64,000 nt of DNA from a bacterium (lineage in GTDB: Bacteria > Omnitrophota > Gorgyraeia > Duberdicusellales > 4484-171). The position numbers and the translations under genes were made by a program. The notes beneath the pieces were generated by a model that saw nothing but the letters and a program-made list of their open reading frames with translations, did no database searches and was not told the DNA's origin. Below, one piece after another: positions 52,761 through 62,825 of the stretch. How positions within the stretch are numbered: the first letter of the stretch is position 1; each line of letters opens with the position of its first letter. The DNA lies in contig JAJYOP010000001.1 of assembly GCA_021796115.1 (NCBI GenBank), forward strand, positions 119,755-183,754, given 5' to 3'.

Positions 52761-53846
52761 CTAAATTTTCAGTAATCTGCCTGCTTCGTCTATTTTTTCA
52801 AGTAACTGCTTATCTTCTTTATCCGTTGCCAGCGCTTTTGCTTTTTTTAAATAAGAAATCGCCCCATTATTTTTGCCAATATTCAGATAAACCATGGCAA
52901 TATTATAATATATTTTTGGATTCCGTTTCTCTAAATCAAGTGCTTTGTGCAGCGCATCGAGAGCTTCTTTGTATTCTTTGAGCCTGCCATAGGCCCCGCC
53001 TAAATTTATGTAAGCGTTTATATCTTTCGGGTCTAATTCCACGGTTTTCTTAAAACACTCTATAGCCTGTTTAAGATTTTCCATACGAACATGCATAACG
53101 CCCAACCTATAATAAGTTTCTTTATTTGTGGTATCACACAACGCGCTTACATTAAGAAGAACTACTCCCTCTTCCTGCCTTCCGTTTTCAAAGGATTTCG
53201 AGCCTTCCTCTAAAAGTTTTTTTGCCACTTCTTTATTTTGCTGATTTTTTTCTATCAAATAACTGATATTTTCTTCGCATTTATCAACGATAGTTTTTTG
53301 CCCCCGGCTTTTAAAAAGCGTGCCCGCTTTTACGAGATCTATCAAAGCCATATCCGGCTGGCCGTTTTTTAAATAAAGCATGCCGCGATTAAACAAAGCC
53401 TCTTTTAAGAGCGGATTAATATTAGTAGCTTTATCATAATATTTTACAGCTTCCTGGTATTCGGAGTTTTTTTGCAGACATAACCCCAAATTATAAAATA
53501 CGATATCCTTTTTCGTATTATCCTGTAAACTTTCGGCCTTTTTTAAAGTTATAATCGCGCTTCGATAATTGCCGCGTTTTATTGATACGACAGCAAGGTC
53601 TATGTATGCTTCACTTTTATCAGGAACAAGTTCACGGGCTTTGAAAAAAGAATATTTCGCATTGTTCAATTGGTTTTGTTCAAGGCAGGATAAACCTTGG
53701 TTTATGTAATCGTCGTAAAGCTTTTGGAGGTTATTTTGCGAATCATTTTTTTTCGAATATTTTTCATTTACTAACTGCGTATAAGCAAGATGCGGCACGG
53801 CAATAACTAGGAGCAAGATTAATAAAATAAAAAATATTTTTTTCAT
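52761..53846 (-). CDS. Secreted tetratricopeptide (TPR) repeat protein
   Basis: Signal peptide; repeated A..Y..A....P....A TPR pattern across the protein. Confidence 0.75.
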   Translation of the reverse strand: MKKIFFILLILLLVIAVPHLAYTQLVNEKYSKKNDSQNNLQKLYDDYINQGLSCLEQNQLNNAKYSFFKARELVPDKSEAYIDLAVVSIKRGNYRSAIITLKKAESLQDNTKKDIVFYNLGLCLQKNSEYQEAVKYYDKATNINPLLKEALFNRGMLYLKNGQPDMALIDLVKAGTLFKSRGQKTIVDKCEENISYLIEKNQQNKEVAKKLLEEGSKSFENGRQEEGVVLLNVSALCDTTNKETYYRLGVMHVRMENLKQAIECFKKTVELDPKDINAYINLGGAYGRLKEYKEALDALHKALDLEKRNPKIYYNIAMVYLNIGKNNGAISYLKKAKALATDKEDKQLLEKIDEAGRLLKI

Positions 53847-53855
53847 CTATTTTAT

Positions 53856-55793
53856 TTAAATTTCCTGCCGTAATTGTTTTTCCGCATCAACTGCATCGCG
53901 GTTAACCTTGGATAAAACATGCGAAATTCTTATCTTCAAATTCTCGCTAATCGTCTTTGAGGAATAAATTTCTTTTAAAACCTGGATACTCATCCTGAAA
54001 TATCTGACGATTTCGCCTTCGTCTATTTCGCAGAATCTATTAATCCGTTCAAATTCCGTACCGCGTATCCAGGCTGTTGCAGCCTCGCTTAAATGGAAGT
54101 AAAAATTTTTGCTTAAAGGATAAATCCTGAAAGTTCTTTCTTGCTTATGTATACCGCCTAAAAATTTATTTAATTCCTGTTTCAGCCTTTTAACTTTTTT
54201 ATTCAATTTTGGCTTTTTTTCTCCTTTACGTGGTTCATAGGTAAGAGCGCATATGGTAACAAAGAGTTCTTCTTCGTCAAGTGAGTCAAGAAACCCATTG
54301 TCAAAAAGTTCTCCTATCTGAAGTTCAAAACTATAAACCTTGGAAGCAAGGTCAGCTTTCCAGCTTATGCCGCCTTCAATTATATAACGTAAATCAGTAA
54401 GCAAAGATACTTTTCGCTTGAGCAACCCGAGTACTTCTTTTTGCTCAAAGGCATTTGCCTGATGGAAATGGAATGATTGCGGATAAATATCGAAAATTTT
54501 GTTTCCCATTATTTTATATAAATTCAATATAGTCGCGTAACAGGAATTGAGCTGGCTCTCTATCGGCTCATAGCTTCCATGAATTATGTCTGCAAGCGAT
54601 GTTATGTCTATGTGACAGGGGTTTATTTTCATGAAGACATTGCCTTCTTTGTCTATGCCGCGCCTTCCGGCACGGCCCGCCATTTGATAAAAATCGCGCG
54701 TTTTTAAAAATCCGTGATATCGGCCATAGAATTTAGACATCGCATCGAAAACAACGGTTCTCGCCGGCATATTTATTCCGAGAGCAAAGGTTTCGGTTGT
54801 AAAAATAAGTTTTATCAAGCCGGTCGTAAAGAGCTGTTCCACTATTTCTTTTAGGGTAGGCAGTAACCCTGCATGATGATAAGCAATACCTTTTTTTATT
54901 AAAGGGTAAAGGTAATTCACATGCGGAGAAGAGGAGATATCAAACTTTTTAACCAGCTCATTAAATAAATTAATCATTTTATTTTGTTCTTCATTATTAA
55001 GGAAATTAAAATAGCCAACTTCTTCAGCTAATTCTTCGCAGCGCCGGCGCGAGAAAGAAAAATAAAGGCAGGGGAGGGCATTGTTATTTTTCAGATATTC
55101 GATAAGAGTATTCATGCGGTTTGGCCGGATATGAGTATAATAATTATGGTGATACTCTTTTATCCTGTCCTTAAGATAACCAGAGTTTTTTAAAGCTTCA
55201 AGGTTGGGAAAGATTTCGTTGTTGCATTGAAAGTAAAAATGCAGCGGCACCGGACGGGTTTTTTCCTTAACCGCAATAAGCGGGAATTTATGAACTTTTT
55301 TAAACCATTCGACAAATTGGTCAATGTTAGGAATGGTAGCCGAAAGGGCAAGCATCTTCATATGGGGGGGCAGCAGGATTATCGCCTCTTCCCATACCGT
55401 GCCTCTTTCTATGTCGGCAAGATAATGTATTTCGTCAAAAATCAACCAATCGCGGTGTGTGAATTCTTCGGGGTCAACCAAAATTGCATTACGGAATATT
55501 TCGGTCGTCATAATCAATATCGGGGCGTTTCTGTTGATGCTGACGTCGCCGGTGAGAATTCCTACTTTGCCGGGATATTTTTTGGAAAAGTCGCGGAATT
55601 TCTGGTTGGAAAGAGCTTTTATCGGCGCGGTATAGATAACACCTTTATTATTTTTTATACAATCGTTGATTATGTATTCGGCAATTAAGGTTTTTCCGGC
55701 ACCGGTGGGAGCGCTGACAATAACGGAGTTGTTTTGGCGCGCATAATCTATGGCTTCCTGTTGAAATTTGTCTAAAGTAAATTCATGCGGCAT
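53856..55793 (-). CDS. Superfamily 2 DEAD/DEAH-box helicase (Ski2/HelY-like)
   Basis: Motif I SAPTGAGKT, II FDEIHY, III SATIPN, VI QMAGRAGRRG. Confidence 0.8.
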   Translation of the reverse strand: MPHEFTLDKFQQEAIDYARQNNSVIVSAPTGAGKTLIAEYIINDCIKNNKGVIYTAPIKALSNQKFRDFSKKYPGKVGILTGDVSINRNAPILIMTTEIFRNAILVDPEEFTHRDWLIFDEIHYLADIERGTVWEEAIILLPPHMKMLALSATIPNIDQFVEWFKKVHKFPLIAVKEKTRPVPLHFYFQCNNEIFPNLEALKNSGYLKDRIKEYHHNYYTHIRPNRMNTLIEYLKNNNALPCLYFSFSRRRCEELAEEVGYFNFLNNEEQNKMINLFNELVKKFDISSSPHVNYLYPLIKKGIAYHHAGLLPTLKEIVEQLFTTGLIKLIFTTETFALGINMPARTVVFDAMSKFYGRYHGFLKTRDFYQMAGRAGRRGIDKEGNVFMKINPCHIDITSLADIIHGSYEPIESQLNSCYATILNLYKIMGNKIFDIYPQSFHFHQANAFEQKEVLGLLKRKVSLLTDLRYIIEGGISWKADLASKVYSFELQIGELFDNGFLDSLDEEELFVTICALTYEPRKGEKKPKLNKKVKRLKQELNKFLGGIHKQERTFRIYPLSKNFYFHLSEAATAWIRGTEFERINRFCEIDEGEIVRYFRMSIQVLKEIYSSKTISENLKIRISHVLSKVNRDAVDAEKQLRQEI

Positions 55794-55837
55794 AATAAAT
55801 TATTATACCAAAATTTCATCAGCGTAGAAATCATATA

Positions 55838-56494
55838 TTATATTTTCCGTAAAAACGATTCAGCAATTTTTCTTTTGCGCTTAAGGCAATATAAATTAGG
55901 TTTATAATAAAGCCACTGAAGAAGCTTTAAAGACTCTTTTTTGGCAAAGCGCAATTTATGCATATTTGTTTTATCCTTTTTATAGGTGCTTATGTCGCCT
56001 CTTATATTAATAATTTTTTTTAATTTATAGGAAATCCATTTTATATGTTTTTGGCTTGCAGACAGAAAATTAACATACAATCTTTTGTAAATATATTTTG
56101 GATTCTTAAAAGTGTTATATTTATCTTCGTATGTGGCTATAGACCCGTCACCATCTAAATGTCCTCTTAGAAAATCCGCTAAAAATTTATGAGGTATTTT
56201 TATAGCTTTTATCCGAAAAGTCTTACGTGGCATCAGACCAATAGAGATAAGCCAATTATAAAAGCATACATTTCCAAACTGAATCCTATAACATTGTCTT
56301 TTTGTGTAGCCGCCTTTAGGATTTTTAGTAATCTTATTTTTTAGATTTAAGCATTTACGAAAAGTATATAAAAGTTGTTTATCTGAAGAAGTAATGCTGA
56401 TGTGTCTTTTATCTGAAGATAAGTTTCCGTCAGTTGTGATGAGGCCAACTGCATAGGCTAGGTTTGATGTCCATTTGAAACATCTAATGCCCAT
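55838..56494 (-). CDS. LAGLIDADG-family homing endonuclease (two-motif, single chain)
   Basis: LAYAVGLITTDGNL and FLRGHLDGDGSI. Start set at MGIRCFKW, because the upstream part of the tracked ORF runs through tRNA-Leu. Confidence 0.75.
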   Translation of the reverse strand: MGIRCFKWTSNLAYAVGLITTDGNLSSDKRHISITSSDKQLLYTFRKCLNLKNKITKNPKGGYTKRQCYRIQFGNVCFYNWLISIGLMPRKTFRIKAIKIPHKFLADFLRGHLDGDGSIATYEDKYNTFKNPKYIYKRLYVNFLSASQKHIKWISYKLKKIINIRGDISTYKKDKTNMHKLRFAKKESLKLLQWLYYKPNLYCLKRKRKIAESFLRKI

Positions 56495-56508
56495 AAATTG
56501 GGAATAAA

Positions 56509-56592
56509 TGCCGAAGGAGGGAGTTGAACCCTCATGGAGTTGCCCCCATCGGTTTTTGAGACCGACTTGTATGCCAGTTCCAACACTTCGGC
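56509..56592 (-). tRNA. tRNA-Leu (CAA)
   Basis: Class II cloverleaf folded by hand: acceptor GCCGAAG/CTTCGGC, anticodon loop CTCAAAA, long variable arm, T-arm GAGGG-TTCAACT-CCCTC. Uninterrupted. Confidence 0.88.
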
Positions 56593-56762
56593 AAAGCAAA
56601 AAGATGATAACATCCTTGATTTTCTTTGTCAATTGACAACTTCTTTGCATAATGATATGATTTCTCTCGTTGTTCGTTCACTAACTTCTTAAGGCACTTC
56701 GGCGAGCGCGCCTCAGTGCCGATAAAAAATAAGGTATAACCCTAAATAATTGCTTTTTTATC

Positions 56763-56835
56763 GGGGCCGTAGTACAGTTGGGAGTACGCTTGCATGGCAT
56801 GCAAGAGGTCGGGGGTTCAAATCCCCCCGGCTCCA
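56763..56835 (+). tRNA. tRNA-Ala (GGC)
   Basis: Acceptor GGGGCCG/CGGCTCC with the G3:U70 identity pair, anticodon loop ATGGCAT. Confidence 0.85.
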
Positions 56836-56968
56836 TTCTTCTTCGCCCGTCGCCAACCGAAACCACGGGTCCGGGCTTCGAAGAAACAGGCTCTTTTCGC
56901 CAAGGCGAAGAAGAATGTTCCTGCGAAGCCATACCAGCGATTACTTTGCGAATGGCGAAACAGAACAC
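56836..56968 (+). repeat. Conserved tRNA 3' trailer element, copy 2 (with a ~35-nt extra segment)
   Basis: TTCTTCTTCGCCCG...TTCCTGCGAAGCC...GCGATTAC.TTGCGAAT.GCGAA.CAGAACA aligns with 42894-42998. TTCTTCTTCGCC (56836-56847) pairs with GGCGAAGAAGAA (56905-56916). Confidence 0.65.
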
Positions 56969-57033
56969 TTATATTTTTTGAAAAATAGAAGTTTTTATTG
57001 CCTTTGTTGATATTGGGTATCGATCATTAAAAA

Positions 57034-57627
57034 ATGAGCCCAAATTTTTTTGATATTTATTTTCCGCTAATATTTTTTTCAATATTTTTATTCGTTTTCA
57101 TATTTTCTATTCATTCCGGCAAAGGAAAATTCAAAAATCTATTAAATTTTCCGAATGGCCGTATTTCCAAGTTTTCGCTTATTCCGACATTTAAGGGGCA
57201 ATACCAGGGACTTGATTTTTCAATCTATCTTTTGCCGGCAGGGAAGGGTTCGCCGCCATACTTGATGATTTCGGTTTTGAAAAGCGCCTCATTTACCTTA
57301 CATATATATAAAGAAACCGGATTGACTAAATTGGGCAAAAAATTAGGTATGGTACGCGAAGTAGAAATTAATGACGAATTATTTGATGATAAATTTGTTC
57401 TTTCTTCTAATAATCGCACCCAAACAGTTAATTATCTTAATAATTCGACGATCAAGAATACAATTAAAGAACTTTTTGACAATGGTTTTATAGAGCTTAT
57501 CATAAACCGGAAGGGGGCTTGTATTAAAAAACCCAATTACATAGTAGAAAAAGATATTACCATGCAAAATATAACAACAATTTTACAGAAACTAAATTTA
57601 TTAGCCAGAGGATTATACGGAGAATAA
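57034..57627 (+). CDS. Hypothetical membrane-anchored protein
   Basis: N-terminal TM helix; no family recognised. Confidence 0.45.
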   Translation: MSPNFFDIYFPLIFFSIFLFVFIFSIHSGKGKFKNLLNFPNGRISKFSLIPTFKGQYQGLDFSIYLLPAGKGSPPYLMISVLKSASFTLHIYKETGLTKLGKKLGMVREVEINDELFDDKFVLSSNNRTQTVNYLNNSTIKNTIKELFDNGFIELIINRKGACIKKPNYIVEKDITMQNITTILQKLNLLARGLYGE

Positions 57628-57630
57628 ATT

Positions 57631-59133
57631 ATGAAAGTATATTTAGCCGGGTTTAATGTTGATACAACCGTTCTGAAAGAGCTTGAGGAAAAATCCGGCA
57701 AGCGCGAGGATATCACCCCGGAAGTACTTTCCGCAGCCTATGCCCGAATTAGCCGCGATCCCCGCCCGATAAACGAAATTAGGGCCGACGCACGTAAGGA
57801 AGTTGAGCGCAGCCGCAAATCCAATCAAACGATTATTTTTAAAATGGGCCATCACTCTGTGGCCGAACACGCAATATTTAACTTTGATATTCTAGGAGTA
57901 TCGCGCTTAGCCATGGAAGAGGCCGAGCATTTCAGGCTCTGCTCTTATACCGAAAAATCGCAACGCTATATTACCTTAGATAAAGATTTTGTCATACCGG
58001 AAGAGATAAAAGGGACTCACGAAGAAGCACTATTTGTAAAAACAATACACCTCCAAAACGAAGCTTATTTTAAACTTTTCGAAAAATTAAAAGATTATGT
58101 ATTTAAAAAACATAAAGATTTAGCTGCCGACCCGAAAAAACATAATTTGCTTGAAGGCTGGGCAAAGGAAGACGCCAGGTATATTACTGCGCTGGCCACA
58201 GAGTCCCAGGTAGGAATGACGATTAATGCAAGAGTCCTCGAATTGCTTTTACGCAGATTTGCCTCTTCGCCTTTATCAGAGGTAAAGAATTTAGGCAAAT
58301 TGATTTTTGAACAAGTTAATCCCATTGCGCCTTCGATAGTAATTTTTCGCGAGGCAAATGACCGCGACGTTAAAACCTATCCAGAATTAAGAGAAGTTAC
58401 AAAAGACTTATTTGAAAAGATTTACGAAAAAAAGATAAAAGAAGTTGAATTGGTTGAATATCCAGAAGACGGCGATAAGTTAATTTTGTCAGCGCTCCTT
58501 CATACCGCAGGAAATCTCCCCTATAAAAAATGCAAGTCAATTGCTGCAAAATTGCGCCGGAAAAAATCTGAAGAAATTTTAAAGGCCACCTGGCGCAATA
58601 TGCAGTTTTATGATTCGATGCTGCGTGAATTCGAATACGTGAATTTAACTTTTAACATTGTTTTGTCCGCGGCGTGTTTCGGCCAGCTTAAGCGCCACCG
58701 CATGTCTACTATCACCTCGCAAAGTTATGACCCGAATTTAGGTCTTACCATCCCTGAATCGATAAAGGAAATCGGAATGGAAAAATATTTTAGGGAAATT
58801 ATTGATAAAACTAACGATACTTATGCAGTTATAAATAAGAAAATTCCATTTGCCGCGCCATATATTTTGACCAACGCGCACCGAAAAAGAGTTTTAATGC
58901 GGTTAAATCTTCGCGAGCTATACCATATATCGCGCCTGAGAGAAGATCAACATGCACAGTGGGATATTCAGAATATTTCAGCTGCCATGAGCAAGGAAGC
59001 AAAAAAAGTAATGCCGCTTGCATCAAGTTTGCTTTGCGGCAAAGACAAATACAATGAAGATTATCAACAAATATTTGGACAATTACCCGCGATAACGCAG
59101 GCGGTTCTGCCCGGCGCACGCAAAATACAATAA
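57631..59133 (+). CDS. thyX: FAD-dependent thymidylate synthase, tandem-ThyX architecture
   Basis: Two ThyX-like halves: HFRLCSYTEKSQRY and LKRHRMSTITSQSY resemble RHRxxSxxxxSxRY. Confidence 0.65.
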   Translation: MKVYLAGFNVDTTVLKELEEKSGKREDITPEVLSAAYARISRDPRPINEIRADARKEVERSRKSNQTIIFKMGHHSVAEHAIFNFDILGVSRLAMEEAEHFRLCSYTEKSQRYITLDKDFVIPEEIKGTHEEALFVKTIHLQNEAYFKLFEKLKDYVFKKHKDLAADPKKHNLLEGWAKEDARYITALATESQVGMTINARVLELLLRRFASSPLSEVKNLGKLIFEQVNPIAPSIVIFREANDRDVKTYPELREVTKDLFEKIYEKKIKEVELVEYPEDGDKLILSALLHTAGNLPYKKCKSIAAKLRRKKSEEILKATWRNMQFYDSMLREFEYVNLTFNIVLSAACFGQLKRHRMSTITSQSYDPNLGLTIPESIKEIGMEKYFREIIDKTNDTYAVINKKIPFAAPYILTNAHRKRVLMRLNLRELYHISRLREDQHAQWDIQNISAAMSKEAKKVMPLASSLLCGKDKYNEDYQQIFGQLPAITQAVLPGARKIQ

Positions 59134-59283
59134 TTACACTGAATAAAACTCTAAACTCGCCCGCCACCGTAATATTTTATTTAGGCGGGTCAGTCTTTGG
59201 CTGAAAACCCTAAACTCTAAACAAACTCAAAACTCTAAATCACAAACACTAAACGTTTCGAGTTTATGATTTGTTTAGGATTT

Positions 59284-59328
59284 CCCGCCAGAGGCGGGTC
59301 CGCCCACATATAAAAAATATCGGTGGCG
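59284..59328. repeat. Double-hairpin element E, copy 2
   Basis: CCCGCCAGAGGCGGGTCCGCCCACATATAAAAAATATCGGTGGCG, embedded in a larger CTAAAC/GTTTAG-word palindrome (59140-59360). Confidence 0.7.
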
Positions 59329-59368
59329 AAAGAGTTTAGTATTTAGAGTTTAAAATTGGGTTCTTTCT

Positions 59369-60226
59369 ATGCTAAAATTAGGCTGTCATGTCTCAATTGC
59401 CGGAAAGATTTACGAAGCTGTAGACAGAGCGAAAGGCTTAGGCTGTACCACCATGCAGATTTTTGCCCGCAATCCCCGGCAGTGGAGAAAAGGCGGCCTG
59501 GCGAAAGAAGATATAAAAATATTTAAGGAAAAATTAAAAAAAGCCAAGATAAGCCCGGTAGCCGTTCATATACCATATATTTTAAATTTGGCCTCGGCAA
59601 AAAACAGTTTTCATAAAATCACGATAAGAGAATTTACACAGGATTTAATTGAGGCTGACGAGCTGGGTGCAGATTTTCTTGTGACCCATATGGGTTCTTA
59701 TAAAGGTACAACCGAAAAACTGGGCCTTTTAAAAATAGTAAAAGCTCTTAAAAAAATCCTTAAAAACGCAGCTCCAAAAAAAACCAAAGTGCTTTTAGAG
59801 AACACTTCCGGAAGCGGGCATTGGCTGGGATATAAATTCTCGCATCAGAAATTTATCTTCGAAAGAATGGATTGGCCGGAAAGCGTTGGGTTGTGTCTGG
59901 ATACGGCCCATTGTTACGCAGCGGGATATGATATAAGTAATTCCGAAGGGTTGAACGCCGTTATTTCGGAGATAGATGAAGAGGTTGGCCTGAAATATCT
60001 TGAAGTAATTCATTTAAATGACACAAAGGAAAAATTAGGCTCTTTAAAAGACAGACATTGTGATATCGGAGAAGGCAATATTGGGGAAAAAGGATTTGAT
60101 CTTATCCTGCATCACAAATTTTTGAGGACTTTGCCTTTTATCCTTGAAACGCCGAAAGAAACTGATGAAGACGATATAAGAAATTTAAATCTTGTAAAGA
60201 AAATTTATAATGATAAGTTAGAATAA
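59369..60226 (+). CDS. nfo: Deoxyribonuclease IV (endonuclease IV)
   Basis: LGCHVSIAG N-terminus, TIM-barrel AP endonuclease 2 pattern with HxxY, LEN and HLND motifs. Confidence 0.88.
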   Translation: MLKLGCHVSIAGKIYEAVDRAKGLGCTTMQIFARNPRQWRKGGLAKEDIKIFKEKLKKAKISPVAVHIPYILNLASAKNSFHKITIREFTQDLIEADELGADFLVTHMGSYKGTTEKLGLLKIVKALKKILKNAAPKKTKVLLENTSGSGHWLGYKFSHQKFIFERMDWPESVGLCLDTAHCYAAGYDISNSEGLNAVISEIDEEVGLKYLEVIHLNDTKEKLGSLKDRHCDIGEGNIGEKGFDLILHHKFLRTLPFILETPKETDEDDIRNLNLVKKIYNDKLE

Positions 60227-60227
60227 T

Positions 60228-62681
60228 ATGGAATACAACAAAAGTATCGACAAAAAATGGCAGGATTTCTGGGATAGAGAACGTATTTTCAGTACCGACA
60301 CTAAAAATACGAAGGATAAATATTACTGCCTGGTGATGTTTCCGTATCCATCCGCGGCCCTGCATGTCGGCCATGCGAGAAATTACATTATCGGTGATGC
60401 CGTCAGCCGCTACAAAAGGATGAAAGGTTTTAACGTGCTTTCGCCGATAGGTTTTGACGCCTTCGGCCTTCCGGCAGAAAACGCCGCGATAAAAGGAGGG
60501 TTTCATCCAAAGACCTCCACGCTTAATAACATCGCCACCATGAGGACTCAGCTTAAAAGCTGGGGTATCGGCTATGATTGGGATAGAGAGGTAATCTCTT
60601 GCCTTCCTGAATACTACAAATGGACGCAGTGGATTTTTACAAAACTTTTTGAAAAGGGTTTGGCTTATAAAAAGAAAGCTGCAGTTAACTGGTGCCCATC
60701 TTGCATGACTGTGCTTGCTAACGAACAGGTTATATCAGGAAGTTGCGAACGCTGCGATACAAAAGTAGTTGAACGTGATTTGTCGCAATGGTTTTTTAAA
60801 ATAACCGAATACGCTCAAAACTTACTTGATGATATTTCGCTGCTCAAGGCTTGGCCGGAACGCGTAAAAACCATGCAGACAAACTGGATTGGTAAATCAA
60901 CCGGCGTAAATATTGAATTTAAAGTTGAAGGCGAAGATAAAATACTTACCTGCTATACCACGCGCGTTGATACTATTTTTGGCGTAACTTACATGGTGCT
61001 TGCGCCGGAGCATCCGGCAATCCACGATTTAATCAAAAATAATCCTGACAAACAAAAAATTTATGCCTTTATAGAAAAAGCACGCGTTCAGGATAAGACA
61101 GACCGGGCTTCGGAAACCGTAGCCAAGGAAGGTATTTTTACCGGCCGCTACGTGATTAATCCGGTAAACGGCAAAAAAGTTCCGCTCTGGATTGCCAATT
61201 ATGTTTTGATGGAATACGGTACTGGAGCGGTAATGGCTGTACCGACACATGATAACCGCGATTTTGAATTTGCGAAAAAATACAGATTATCTTTAGAGGT
61301 AGTTATTGATAATCCAAAAGGACATTTAGATACAACCAAGATGAATGCAGCTTACGTTGAAGATGGAATTATGGTTAATTCCGGCGAATTTAACGGTCTT
61401 GGCAATCAAGAAGCAATTGAGAAAATCGCTGATTGGATGGAAAAGAAAAAAATCGGAAGGCGTTCGGTGCATTTCCGGCTTCGCGACTGGCTAATTTCGC
61501 GCCAGCGCTATTGGGGCGCGCCCATACCGATTATTTACTGCGAAAAATGCGGAGAAGTTGCCATACCGGAAAAAGATTTGCCGGTATACTTGCCGGAAAA
61601 TGTCGCTTTTAAACCAACCGGACAATCACCGCTAGTCGATTCAACGGAATTTTTAAATACAAAATGCCCTAAATGTGGCGGCAAAGCCAAACGCGAAACC
61701 GACACAATGGATACGTTTGTTGATTCAAGCTGGTATTTCCTGCGTTACATTTCGCCAAAAGAAAAAGCACGAGCTTTTGATGCCGCTCTGGTAAATAAAT
61801 GGCTGCCGGTTGATCAATATATCGGCGGAGTAGAACATGCGATATTGCATCTTTTGTATTCAAGATTTATTACGAAAGTGCTTTGCGATTTAAAATATAT
61901 AGATTTTAAGGAGCCTTTCGGCGCTTTGTTTACCCAAGGCATGATTGTAAAAAATGGCGCAAAAATGTCTAAGTCAAAGGGTAACACCGTTGCGCCTGAC
62001 TACATTATTGATGAATATGGCGCCGATGTCATGCGGCTTTATATTCTTTTTATGGGCCCTCCGGAGAAAGATGCCGAGTGGCAGGATGAAGGATTGCAAG
62101 GCTCATGGAGATTCTTGCAAAGAGCTCTTCGTTTGGTTGAAATGCTCGAAAATTACAAAGATTCAAAAGAAAACAAAGAACTTAATAATTACGAAAAAGA
62201 CCTGGTGCGAAAAATCCATTCAACAATAAAAGAAGTAACCCAGGACCTGGAAAGCTCATTTCAGTTTAATACCGCCATCTCGCGGATTATGGAATTAGTC
62301 AACCAGGTCTATAAAAGTATAAACGAAGGAATGGTGCGAAAAGAAATTTTTAGAGAAGCAGTAAGTACTGTTTTTATCCTGCTTTCTCCTTTTACTCCGC
62401 ATATCGCAGAAGAGGTAAATAGCGCGCTTGGATTCAGCGGTTCGATATTAAAGAGAAAGTGGCCGGATTTCAAAGAAGAATTAATTAAAACCGAAGAAAT
62501 AGAAATTGCTGTTTCCGTAAACGGAAAACTGCGCGACAAATTAATGATTAATGTCAATTGGAGCAAAGAAAAAATAGAGCAAAAAGCCCTTTCATCCAGC
62601 AAAATTCAAAGCTTCCTGCAAGGAAAACTTCCCAAAAAAATCATCTACGTCTCGGGGCGAATGGTTAACATTGTTATATAA
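60228..62681 (+). CDS. leuS: Leucine--tRNA ligase
   Basis: HVGHARNY (HIGH) and KMSKSKGN (KMSKS) motifs, 817 aa. Confidence 0.95.
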   Translation: MEYNKSIDKKWQDFWDRERIFSTDTKNTKDKYYCLVMFPYPSAALHVGHARNYIIGDAVSRYKRMKGFNVLSPIGFDAFGLPAENAAIKGGFHPKTSTLNNIATMRTQLKSWGIGYDWDREVISCLPEYYKWTQWIFTKLFEKGLAYKKKAAVNWCPSCMTVLANEQVISGSCERCDTKVVERDLSQWFFKITEYAQNLLDDISLLKAWPERVKTMQTNWIGKSTGVNIEFKVEGEDKILTCYTTRVDTIFGVTYMVLAPEHPAIHDLIKNNPDKQKIYAFIEKARVQDKTDRASETVAKEGIFTGRYVINPVNGKKVPLWIANYVLMEYGTGAVMAVPTHDNRDFEFAKKYRLSLEVVIDNPKGHLDTTKMNAAYVEDGIMVNSGEFNGLGNQEAIEKIADWMEKKKIGRRSVHFRLRDWLISRQRYWGAPIPIIYCEKCGEVAIPEKDLPVYLPENVAFKPTGQSPLVDSTEFLNTKCPKCGGKAKRETDTMDTFVDSSWYFLRYISPKEKARAFDAALVNKWLPVDQYIGGVEHAILHLLYSRFITKVLCDLKYIDFKEPFGALFTQGMIVKNGAKMSKSKGNTVAPDYIIDEYGADVMRLYILFMGPPEKDAEWQDEGLQGSWRFLQRALRLVEMLENYKDSKENKELNNYEKDLVRKIHSTIKEVTQDLESSFQFNTAISRIMELVNQVYKSINEGMVRKEIFREAVSTVFILLSPFTPHIAEEVNSALGFSGSILKRKWPDFKEELIKTEEIEIAVSVNGKLRDKLMINVNWSKEKIEQKALSSSKIQSFLQGKLPKKIIYVSGRMVNIVI

Positions 62682-62713
62682 TATAAATTTCTGCCGTCAA
62701 AGATTGCGTTAAT

Positions 62714-62825
62714 CGGTTGCGGTTGCGATACGCGTTATGGTTGCGTTATTCGCTTTACGTAAAAAAATAAGATTCACCGCGTAATCGATAGACACGGGAC
62801 GAAACGAGCTGCGTAACCGCAACCG
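62714..62825. repeat. GTTGCG/CGCAAC-word palindrome after leuS
   Basis: CGGTTGCGGTTGCG (62714-62727) pairs with CGTAACCGCAACCG (62812-62825). Flanked by the 11-nt direct repeat TATAAATTTCT at 62682 and 62836. Confidence 0.65.

Noticed and set aside
56509-56592. Possibility that the LAGLIDADG gene marks a group I intron in tRNA-Leu
   Set aside because: The tRNA folds as a continuous 84-nt cloverleaf with an intact anticodon loop, and the endonuclease ORF lies entirely 3' of it.
56495-56650. N-terminal 52 codons of the tracked ORF 55838-56650
   Set aside because: This part is a translation through the tRNA-Leu(CAA) gene. The LAGLIDADG protein most plausibly starts at the internal Met (56494).
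56750-57010. Three overlapping 64-86 aa ORFs over tRNA-Ala and its trailer, plus 56681-56968 on the minus strand
   Set aside because: They overlap a tRNA gene and a repeat element, lack ribosome-binding sites and have Arg/Pro-rich junk-like composition.
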